Source: Schizochytrium sp. TIO01
Taxonomy: Eukaryota; Protista; Bigyra: Labyrinthulomycetes
Direction: 5' to 3'
DNA length: 64,000 bases
Assembly (NCBI GenBank): GCA_004764695.1
Contig: SMSO01000032.1
Coordinates: forward strand, 6,666,483 to 6,730,482
Every line of letters begins with the position of its first letter. Within the stretch, counting starts at the first letter, position 1. Made by a program: the position numbers and the translations under genes. The notes below the pieces were generated by a model that saw only the letters and a program-made list of their open reading frames with translations, had not been told where the DNA came from and did no database searches. Positions 1-8,969 of this stretch are shown in pieces.

Positions 1-430
1 GATATAGTGTAAGGAGGCCTCTGCGTAAGAAGGAGATGCGGGTTTGTGAATTTCGAGAGGCAAAGAAAAGAACTGAGCAAAGAAAGGAAGCTGAGAAAGA
101 GCGCCGCTGCGACGACAATCCCCGAAGAAGGACCCAGTCAATTATACTCGCACCATAGTTAACGCTCGAGCCAAACGCGGACTCGGGATACTTGCGCGGG
201 CCTAGTGACTCACGCAGTCTCCTCAATCTACACGCGCCTGCAGAGCTCAGGCGTCTCGGACTCCTTCCAGCGTGTTGATCGACGGATACACATATATACA
301 TACAAATACAATATTGTCGCAGTATCAGCAGTACTGTGTCGATAAGTTCGCAATCTGGAGGAGTACGTAGACATTGATCAACCTTGCTTTTGAGCGCATT
401 TGTTGTTATCACACAAATTAGAAAGAGATC

Positions 431-1312
431 ATGGAAGCCCCTGAGGTTAAGCGCGCAAAGGAGTTGGTCTCCAAGGCTGAGTCCACACTCAAGTCGTGGA
501 GCTGGTTTGGATCCTCCTCTGCGAAGTATGATGATGCCTGCGATTTGTACGGCAAGGCCGCCAACAACTATAAGATGGTCAAGCAATGGGGTGATGCTGC
601 GACATGCTTCTTGAAGTGTGCTGAGATTAAAAATAAGCAGGAATCACAATTTGAGGCAGCATCCAATTATGTGCTCGCCGCAGAGATGCTCTCCAAGGTA
701 GATCAAGGAAGATCCATTCCGCTCTACCGTGATGCAATTGCAATCTACTGCGAGCTCGGACGTTTTGGTACTGCCGCCAAGCATGCCGAGGCAGTGGCAG
801 AAATGTACGAGCGTGACAACAACCTCGAGGAGTCTATGGCCTACTACCAGCAGGCCGCTGACTGCTACTCTGGTGAGAACTCCACTGCTCGCGCTGGCAA
901 GTGCTTAGAGAAGGTCTCATTGCACGCTGCCATGCTTAACGACTATGCCAAAGCAATCCAGGGCTTTGAAAAGCTTGGAACCTCTGCTCTTGAAAGCAAT
1001 CTGCTCAAATTCAACGCCAAAAAGCACTTCTTGCACGCCGGATTTTGCGCTCTTGCTAGAAACGACACGGTAGCTGCTCAGAATGGCATTCAGCGCTACA
1101 GCGAACTTGATTTTACTTTTCGGGATAGCGCAGAGTGCAAACTGCTTGTTTCACTTACTGAAGCTTGTACGGAGATGGATGTTGATAAGTTTGCTGATGA
1201 GCTCTTCAAGTATGATTCTATTCGCAAGCTCGATCCTTGGGAGACCTCAATTCTTCTCCGTGTGAAGAATAGCCTCAACGAGACTGCCAGTGGAGAGGCT
1301 GACCTTTTGTAA
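431..1312 (+). CDS. NAPA: alpha-soluble NSF attachment protein (alpha-SNAP/Sec17)
   Basis: 293-aa ORF with SNAP motifs (KAANNYKMVKQW, GRFGTAAKH, YYQQAAD, LLKFNAKKHF, KYDSIRKLDPW) and a C-terminal DLL; start context GAGATCATG. Confidence 0.96.
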   Translation: MEAPEVKRAKELVSKAESTLKSWSWFGSSSAKYDDACDLYGKAANNYKMVKQWGDAATCFLKCAEIKNKQESQFEAASNYVLAAEMLSKVDQGRSIPLYRDAIAIYCELGRFGTAAKHAEAVAEMYERDNNLEESMAYYQQAADCYSGENSTARAGKCLEKVSLHAAMLNDYAKAIQGFEKLGTSALESNLLKFNAKKHFLHAGFCALARNDTVAAQNGIQRYSELDFTFRDSAECKLLVSLTEACTEMDVDKFADELFKYDSIRKLDPWETSILLRVKNSLNETASGEADLL

Positions 1313-1585
1313 TCTCAGGAGTACACGTGATCTGCATGTCACCCTCTGTACCACGACCATCGTTATGAAGCCATAAACCTTCCTTACGCGATATCTACTT
1401 CGAAATGCTTACTACCACCCAACTACAAGGTGTCACATATCAAACCCGTATAAGAACTAAAATCGTTTTTTTAAGCATAATATAAAGTCGTAAAAGTGTA
1501 TTTCTGATATCAATCTGCTCTTCCGTATTCTTAACATAAAAGGTTTAGTTGTAACGCAAACCTTGCCATGCACATTTTCCCATCA

Positions 1586-4500
1586 TTATGGTGCCAATGG
1601 ACTTAAAAATTTAATTGTCCCAGCACATGTACCCATGAAAATTGTGTTAGAGGTGCAGTGCAGTGCAGTAATACTTTGGGTTGGTAGCGACCGATCCATT
1701 TCGTTCAAAGCATCAGTGCGGCTACGCTTTCCTCCGTCAACATCATTTATGTCCCGGGGTGTTTTATAAATAGTGCGCGCAGCACTTCGACCCATCATAC
1801 TGCCCATGAAGTTTACATTGCACAAAGACACACGACCGCAACTCGTGCCAAGGACAGCACAAAGCCGGTCTGGAGTAATTATGGAACATGTGACATAACT
1901 TTCTGGAGGTAATAGGGCATCTACCGAAATGGCAGGTGACTGAGATCCACTCGCCAAGTCATAAAGATCTACCACACCATCTTTCCCACAGATCGCAACA
2001 GTTGTTTCGTTCTGTGTCCAGTGTACAGAAACAGCATGGGTTCCACGATCTTTACAAGAAGGAAAGTTCATCACCACCTGGTCGATTCGCAAGTCATGCA
2101 GGAGAACATCTCCTCGTTTGCTTGCAGAGAGTACGAGGCTACCCGAGGCGTCAACATCAAGAGCTGTCACCTCGCTTTCGTGATCATAGACAGCGCCAAT
2201 ACAACTAATTTGTTTGCTTCCGCGTACGCTCCATACTTTCAAAGTAGAGTCCCAAGATCCGGTCACTAACATCCTGCCTGACGAATTTGTTGCCATGCAA
2301 GATACCGCAGCGTCATGCGCGTTGATACGATTCACGACACGGCCATGTTCTAATGCGCTGACATATAGAGAATCGTCCCAACTACCGACTAAGAGATTGC
2401 CATCACGCAAAGGTGTACAACACGAGAGCGCCAGCTGTCCGACAGCCATCCGACGTTTGACACAGCGGGTCTGTACACTAAGGCAAGTCACCGAGCCATC
2501 GTGAGAGGCCGAAAATATGCTATCGTCTTCCTCCGAGCTGCATATCCAGCTCACGAGACCACGATGCGCTTTCACCTCGCCTTGCCCTTCATAATTTTGC
2601 AAGGTGTTACTGTCCACTCGCCACCACCCAGACCATGCTGAAGAAGCGCGCGGGCTCGGTGATGGGTGTGGAACAATGTGATCACCAGAAGAATGAAAGT
2701 GTGTTGGAGTTGATGAGATGCTACTGGAGGAGGCGTTGAAGGAAGAAGACTTTAATGAATCAAAGTCAACGCGCATAGGCACCTTTGGGGTGCCATCAAT
2801 GGTTTTCCGCGAGGATGTAGATGAGCTTGTGGACGATGAAGACCGAGTAGATCGAAGACGATCTGCCATTGGATTCGTACTGGTTTGGGGGGAATTTACA
2901 GAGACATACAATTCATCTGCTATGACATTGTCATTTGCACTGGGGGTCAATTTTTGGTCCGGTGATTGCGCAGGTGACTTGGGCTTCTCCGGCAAGCCAG
3001 GGGGTGACGGTGACTGCAGGATAGGACTTTGTGCCGGAGATGATGGGGTAAGGGTGATGGGAGATCCAGCCTCTTTGTTTACAAATTCTCCTCCAGGGAT
3101 TTCACCAACCATTAAAGTCTCAGAAGACTCATCGGGGCTGGAGGCTACACGAGGAGGGTGTGGCTCCGAGAACAATTGTTTTGGGGTTTGCCCGAACTCA
3201 TAGATCTGCGCTTCATATGATTTGCGTTCATTTGGGTCCTGAACTTTGTCAAGATCTACAGCACCCTCGTATGTAAGGTAATAGAATAGGTTGTCCGCTT
3301 CAATCGCTGCTTCTCCGCGTTGTTTAAAACCAAAGATAAGATCAATCCACTCATGTAGATGTGCTGACACATAATCCGATTCAAGCGCTTGTCTGCATTT
3401 TTCCACAAAATCGCGAGGGCTTGAACACCATGGTGGAAGTTTGACATCGTCCACAAATTCCCCATCCTGTTTCTGACCTAAGTCGAGATTGTGCATGTTC
3501 ACCAGAAACTCACCGTCAGAAGCATAAAATTCTGGAATGAGTTCTTTTAGGTCTGCCGTATTGTTCATAACGCTATTCCACGTTGCATCCATACTATGGA
3601 ACGAGCGATCTGGACGGTCAAACTCTCCATTTTGAAGCCTCAACATTAGGTCAGGGACTCGCCGAACAAGATAGTATAAAACATATCCTGGGGTCGTGTA
3701 GTGAGTTCCATACAGAAAAGGCGGCACGTGAGAGTCTGAGTCACTAAGCATATGCTCGAAGCGCTCTTTAAACCCCAACAACCGAGTTGGATTCAACGCT
3801 CCAATGGGCTTAGAAAGATCACGAAAGGTCTCTTTCTTAGTCAAGTCCAAAGTAGTACTTGTATAGTCTGCAATGACCCAGGGAAATACAGGATATTGAG
3901 TTAGATCTGCAATGGAGCGATCCGCAAGGGTGTTAAGCTGCATCAAGTACTCGAAGTTGCTCATGCGTCGTTCTTGCCAAGCATGCTGAAATTCCAAGAG
4001 ATCAAGAGTTGGGGCGATGGATCGCGGTTGCCCATTTCTAGTCTGCAAATAGCTAAAGAGCAGGTCGTGAACCACATCACGCGCGTTCCTTCCATCCTCA
4101 AAACACACGAGCAGAATTTTCTCCTGCTCATGAAGTCCTGTATCTGCAGTTCCTTCATCATCCTCTCCACCTTGACTCATGCCCCCTGAAAAGCTTGGGT
4201 AGTCTTTACAAAAGCGAACCTCTAATGCACGCTGACGAAGAAGAAAACGACGCTTGTATACACCTGTAAGACGAGATAATGAATACGCTTGCACAACTTC
4301 GCCAATGTTATTTAGCTGTGCAGGTTGAAAGTACAAATGCTGGTCTGTGAGAAGAATGCACCCCGGAATATCTGTGAGCTGGGAAATCAAGCTCACGCGA
4401 AGTTCTTTAGGCGTACGAAGTTGCTCTCGGAAATCTAGCAATCGAGATTTGTCAAAGGGCTGGTTCTTACGTTTTTCAAGAATCGGACGCAATAAACTTT

Positions 4501-4978
4501 GCTCCATCGAGGCCCGTGCTCCACGCGGCTCGGAGAGAAGGTCTCGTCGCACAGACCAGAGCTTCTTAATAAGGGCTAATGTTTTTTCTATTGATCGGTG
4601 TTTAAGTTTAAAGACACGTTTGCTTGTCGTTTGATAAGTTTCATATGGCCTTGACTTACCTCCTTGCTTTAGCTTTGTGAGCGCAGAGGCTTCCATAAGT
4701 AAAACTGGTTCTTCTTGGCCTGTCGCGTTAGAGACAAGGCTGGCACCTCCTGGAACCTGAGCCATGTCATCAAAGCGATACTTTTCCAATGGCAATGAAA
4801 AATCACGAGGCTCAAACACCAGACATCTTGAGCAAATCCACAACCTGCCATCTCCGAGGCCTCCTCGCATACCACCTTCCCCTGCTATTTGCGTTACATC
4901 TTCAGCTGCAGCTGATTCGAGCAGATATTCGTCATGATCAAGAAGGAGCAGATTAAACCTGCGGTTTCCAGGTTCCAT
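1586..4978 (-). CDS. NSMAF: FAN/NSMAF-like PH/GRAM-BEACH-WD40 protein
   Basis: N-terminal RFNLLLLDHDEYLLE is FAN-like. BEACH signatures are present (MSNFEYLMQLN, DLTQYPVFPWV, YGTHYTTPG, KELIPEFY, LHEWIDLIFG, FGQTPKQLF), followed by C-terminal WD40 repeats. The first ATG is at 4978; the track start at 5002 is non-ATG. Confidence 0.9.
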   Translation of the reverse strand: MEPGNRRFNLLLLDHDEYLLESAAAEDVTQIAGEGGMRGGLGDGRLWICSRCLVFEPRDFSLPLEKYRFDDMAQVPGGASLVSNATGQEEPVLLMEASALTKLKQGGKSRPYETYQTTSKRVFKLKHRSIEKTLALIKKLWSVRRDLLSEPRGARASMEQSLLRPILEKRKNQPFDKSRLLDFREQLRTPKELRVSLISQLTDIPGCILLTDQHLYFQPAQLNNIGEVVQAYSLSRLTGVYKRRFLLRQRALEVRFCKDYPSFSGGMSQGGEDDEGTADTGLHEQEKILLVCFEDGRNARDVVHDLLFSYLQTRNGQPRSIAPTLDLLEFQHAWQERRMSNFEYLMQLNTLADRSIADLTQYPVFPWVIADYTSTTLDLTKKETFRDLSKPIGALNPTRLLGFKERFEHMLSDSDSHVPPFLYGTHYTTPGYVLYYLVRRVPDLMLRLQNGEFDRPDRSFHSMDATWNSVMNNTADLKELIPEFYASDGEFLVNMHNLDLGQKQDGEFVDDVKLPPWCSSPRDFVEKCRQALESDYVSAHLHEWIDLIFGFKQRGEAAIEADNLFYYLTYEGAVDLDKVQDPNERKSYEAQIYEFGQTPKQLFSEPHPPRVASSPDESSETLMVGEIPGGEFVNKEAGSPITLTPSSPAQSPILQSPSPPGLPEKPKSPAQSPDQKLTPSANDNVIADELYVSVNSPQTSTNPMADRLRSTRSSSSTSSSTSSRKTIDGTPKVPMRVDFDSLKSSSFNASSSSISSTPTHFHSSGDHIVPHPSPSPRASSAWSGWWRVDSNTLQNYEGQGEVKAHRGLVSWICSSEEDDSIFSASHDGSVTCLSVQTRCVKRRMAVGQLALSCCTPLRDGNLLVGSWDDSLYVSALEHGRVVNRINAHDAAVSCMATNSSGRMLVTGSWDSTLKVWSVRGSKQISCIGAVYDHESEVTALDVDASGSLVLSASKRGDVLLHDLRIDQVVMNFPSCKDRGTHAVSVHWTQNETTVAICGKDGVVDLYDLASGSQSPAISVDALLPPESYVTCSIITPDRLCAVLGTSCGRVSLCNVNFMGSMMGRSAARTIYKTPRDINDVDGGKRSRTDALNEMDRSLPTQSITALHCTSNTIFMGTCAGTIKFLSPLAP

Positions 4979-5795
4979 CTTCCCCTTGCTAGGTTTGATC
5001 AATATCCAATGGTCAAGACCTTTTCTTTGAAAGCTTCACGTTCCTAATTTGGCAGACTTCTTTCCAGGATTACAGATCTCGATGTATTTCTGTTCTGTAG
5101 GTTTTGGGGCATCAAAGAACTTCTCAACACGTACTAGTGGCTACACAATGAGCTACAACCTGCAGTCCAACAGGTCAGATCCTCCACTCGCTTCTTGACC
5201 TTTGGCCAACTGTCAGGAGGCCTTTAGCAAGCCTTTAGATCCTCCCACAGTAATCTCAGCCTTCGCAGTTGTCCTCGCAGGCTTGCACGGCGACTGCGAA
5301 GTTTGAGTTAGAGTTTTGATATCTTTATTTCTTCAAGTTATCTATCTTGCTTTATAGTTACAAGAACAAGTTTAAACGAAGAAAACAAAAAACAGTAACT
5401 GAGCACGCATTTCATGCAGTCCTTGAGTTCAGATGGACGATCTTGATACTCCAAGAAAAAAGGTGGAATTTAAAGGGCTTAAACAAGAAGTGTTCCCTTG
5501 TTTGCGTGTCTTTGAATTGAAGCATGTCTTGTTGAACAGAGTAGGTACCAACAGCCTATCTCCCTGCGACTACAGCATTATATAAATTTAACTTTTTTTT
5601 TTTTTTAGTAATAAAAGAAAAAGGCGCAAATCGAAGCGCCACCGCGAATATCAACATTTTTATAGAACAGCAAAGCGGAATCTCTGTGGAGACGTTTTTG
5701 CTTGTAGCCTCTACCTCTGCCGCACTACGTGTGCCTCCACCTCAAACTCCGCATCTGCGTATTTCCCCAGACCTCGTGCAGCGTTGCTGGCGATC

Positions 5796-7958
5796 ATGGC
5801 ACTCTCTGCACGGCAAGGTGCCGTAAGGTGCGCGTCTGATGAGTGGCGGTCGCGATCCCAAGTCGGTGCTCAAGTCGTTTCCGCTGCACCATCGTCATTA
5901 TCGCAAGTCCTTGTGCGTGTAAATGGCCGCACCATTTGTATTGATGCCCAGTTCGACCGCAACGGCGATCCTGCACCTGCTGAAAGGTACCTAACGTTGG
6001 CTCTTCAGAAGGCTTATTCGTCCTTGATTTGCAGGAAGTCTTCACATACAGGATCAACTTCCTCATGTTCAGCAACGTTGTCATCATCACTTACACGAAG
6101 GACCCCGGGAAGATCTCTTTCTGAAAGTACCTGCTCAACCTCTGCATTGACACCAAGATCAAGCCCGTGGCAGCTGTGGAGTTCTGATTCAGGTTTTATG
6201 GAACCGGGAGATCCTGTTAGGCCTGGCGCATGGGTTGAAGCACGTTTGAGACATGGTCTTCGAGGTGGTAAAGGTGGGTTTGGAAATACACTCAGGGCAT
6301 CTGCACGTCGTGGAGGTACTGGAACTACAGACTTTAGTGCATGTCGAGACCTGAGTGGTCGCAGACTTCGTCACGTAAACAATGAGATTCGCCTTCGCCA
6401 TTGGCGCGAAGAACAGGCCGATCGGGCGCGTGAAAGAGATGGAAATGTTAACGAGGATGATCAGACCCATCGAGTCGCACCAAAGACGACCTCTGGCATC
6501 AAAAACTGGTTTTTGCCCGTCCCTTCGTGGGCTGATAGCGTTCCTAAAGGAAAAAAGAATGCAGATACCGGACTCAAAGTAGCGGGTCGAGGCAGAAGAT
6601 TGTGCCAAGATTGGGCTCGAGCACGCGTATTCTCTAATCTCAAACCTGCAGCAGATGCTCCGGTATGGATTGGATGCCCAAGAGGACGTTCGTGCCCGTT
6701 TTCGCATCGTGAAGATGAGCTTACTCCTGCGAAACGTGCGGATATTGTATCTGAGAAACGTAAGTCTGACCGTGCTGCTGTAGATGATAAAATGCGCGAA
6801 TTTGTAACGCAAATGCAGGAGACCGAATCAACAATGCAGTCGTCAATCCTTGAGGGATTACGCAGGTCTAAACAGGCATCAGTACAGCTTAAGGCAAAAG
6901 CAAAAGCAAACGCTCAGTCCATGGAAGATGATGTAAACCAAGACCTTGAAGATACCTCCACAAATGACACTGATCGCATTCAGTGCCTTTGCGGCGATAT
7001 TGACGTTGGTGAATTTGGGGAGGTGCTTGGGCGCACCAAATTTAGTACAGCGATTGTTCCAGCAGTGGCAGTTACAGATGAATCATGGTATTTTGAGGTT
7101 ACATTGCTTGCAGATCCAGCGGGCTCACTACAGATTGGCTGTGCTACAGAGCTGTTTGAGGCCTTGGAGCATTCCGAAGACGGGGTTGGAGATTTACCCT
7201 TTAGTTGGGCTCTTGACCCCATTCGTGGCAAATTCTTTAATCAAGGCGCAGAGCTTGATGCGATGTTCAACAATGAGCTCCTCAAGGATGCCGATGTAGT
7301 CAAGTCTGGCTGTACAATAGGCTGTCACCTTGATGTATGCAAACGTCAAATTTATTTCTCCATTAACGGCAGCCGAGTTTCTATCGCGGGAAAGTCTGTC
7401 TATGAACCCCTGTTTCTGACCTCTAGGTTTATGAGAAGGTCTTCTTCCCTTTCTTCGTCTTCTTCGATATCATCTACTCAAACTGCAAGCAGTGGTATCG
7501 GTGCTGACTCTCATTTTTTCTATCCAGCGATCTCAATGGATGAAGGAAGTTTTGTTCGTATTAACCTAGGAGAACGCCCTTTTCAGTGTGTGCCCTTGGA
7601 TCGTCGTGTACACGGACTTTGTGGTGATTCCAACCTGCGACTTTTGTGTTCAGATTCTAGCTTCGCATCCGACAAGGGCGCTATTGCCGCGGATAGTATG
7701 GCCTTTTCCAAGGTCCACATTCAGCCAGAAATGCCAGGCGATGACTACAAACCAGTCGATCTGGATGCAGTCGAAAGTGTCAAAGAGCTTGAGGCACTTG
7801 GTTTGGGAGCCTTAAAGCAGGAGCTTGACTCTAGAAATCTTAAGTGTGGCGGAACACTTGAGGAGCGCGCTGCAAGACTTTTCTCGGTCAAAGGGCTGGC
7901 ACCGGAAGATATTGATTTGTCTTTGCGCCCTAAACGAAAGAAGCGTCGTATTGTTTAA
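5796..7958 (+). CDS. SDE2: SDE2 (ubiquitin-fold splicing/replication-stress factor) with extra CCCH finger and SPRY domain
   Basis: LRGGKGGFG...CRDLSGRRLRHVN is the SDE2 signature, and the C-terminal SAP domain reads LKQELDSRNLKCGGTLEERAARLF. The central WYFEVT...GVGDLPFSW...TIGCHLD...YPAIS segment is SPRY-like. First ATG at 5796. Confidence 0.9.
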   Translation: MALSARQGAVRCASDEWRSRSQVGAQVVSAAPSSLSQVLVRVNGRTICIDAQFDRNGDPAPAERYLTLALQKAYSSLICRKSSHTGSTSSCSATLSSSLTRRTPGRSLSESTCSTSALTPRSSPWQLWSSDSGFMEPGDPVRPGAWVEARLRHGLRGGKGGFGNTLRASARRGGTGTTDFSACRDLSGRRLRHVNNEIRLRHWREEQADRARERDGNVNEDDQTHRVAPKTTSGIKNWFLPVPSWADSVPKGKKNADTGLKVAGRGRRLCQDWARARVFSNLKPAADAPVWIGCPRGRSCPFSHREDELTPAKRADIVSEKRKSDRAAVDDKMREFVTQMQETESTMQSSILEGLRRSKQASVQLKAKAKANAQSMEDDVNQDLEDTSTNDTDRIQCLCGDIDVGEFGEVLGRTKFSTAIVPAVAVTDESWYFEVTLLADPAGSLQIGCATELFEALEHSEDGVGDLPFSWALDPIRGKFFNQGAELDAMFNNELLKDADVVKSGCTIGCHLDVCKRQIYFSINGSRVSIAGKSVYEPLFLTSRFMRRSSSLSSSSSISSTQTASSGIGADSHFFYPAISMDEGSFVRINLGERPFQCVPLDRRVHGLCGDSNLRLLCSDSSFASDKGAIAADSMAFSKVHIQPEMPGDDYKPVDLDAVESVKELEALGLGALKQELDSRNLKCGGTLEERAARLFSVKGLAPEDIDLSLRPKRKKRRIV

Positions 7959-7984
7959 ACTTTATTATGCTAGACACTAACTTA

Positions 7985-8875
7985 TTAATATGAGATTCCG
8001 TCATTATCATAGATTGCGAGGTAATCTTTGAGGATAAAGAAAATACATTCAGCAGTAAATGTCTGGTAGAACATGTCAAAGTTGTTTTCTTGCTTATCAA
8101 AGTATGTATTGAAAAGCCTTCGCCAGGATTCGCTAGGAGGTAACTTTGTTGTAACATCTTTCTGATCCATCAATTCGTAACCTTTAATGCGGGCAAGGAT
8201 TTCGTGGAAGTTGCCTAATTTTTTTGATTCAATGTCTTCAATGACTGCGTCGATCTATTCGTCGAAGTCACCACCATAGGCTACGCGAATGATATTTTTC
8301 AAAAAGTCATCAAATTGTTCGTGACGAGTGCCAAACTCATTCGTGTTGGATGGCATGGTTTGCTGTCTCAAAGTTGTAGCAATGTGATCTGGTGGTGCGT
8401 GAAGTGGTAGAATGGAAGTACATTTGGAAAGGGATTTGAAGCAACTATTAATCATGCAATAAGCGTGGGCTGCGAACTTCAAGTTTAATCCTGTTTCATT
8501 AACAATGAGGGAACTATCAATATTTGGAAGTCCTAATTTCTCTTTTGTGTGGTCTTTTGTGATTGCCCAAAATACAATCATAGCCTCAATGTGTTGTAGC
8601 TCGCTTAGAATGGATTGGATACTAACATTTGTTGGCATTCTTCCGTCATCAGAAAATGTGTAAAATGTGATATTGAGGATTTCCCAAAATTCTGCGGCTG
8701 TTAAATCCTGGAGAATAATTTGTGAAAACTGATTTGGAAAGTATTGTTTGGGTAGAAAGCTTCTCAATGCATGTAGGTACCATTTTTGTGAGCATGTAAG
8801 GTGAACGTCCTGTTTCCTTTCAGCATACCAGTTCCAGATTTCATGAGAGAAGACAATGTCATTGACAATTAGCAT
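7985..8875 (-). pseudogene. Hypothetical viral protein (~296 codons) interrupted by one in-frame TAG
   Basis: ORFs 8255..8875 and 7985..8173 share a frame. Reading through the TAG at 8255-8257 gives ...GGDFDE*IDAVIEDIESKKLGNFHEILARIKGYELMDQK... Confidence 0.75.
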
Positions 8876-8969
8876 TTATTTTTTTAGCTGGTTGAAATTG
8901 TTTGCACCAATGTTATTTTGCGCTGGCAATATATAGTAAAAGCAATGAGATTACTTATTGTTAGATAGA

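Noticed and set aside
8255-8257. TAG reassignment or readthrough as the explanation for in-frame stops
   Set aside because: TAG terminates the exonuclease gene in the same block and the long ORFs contain no internal TAG, so point mutation is simpler.
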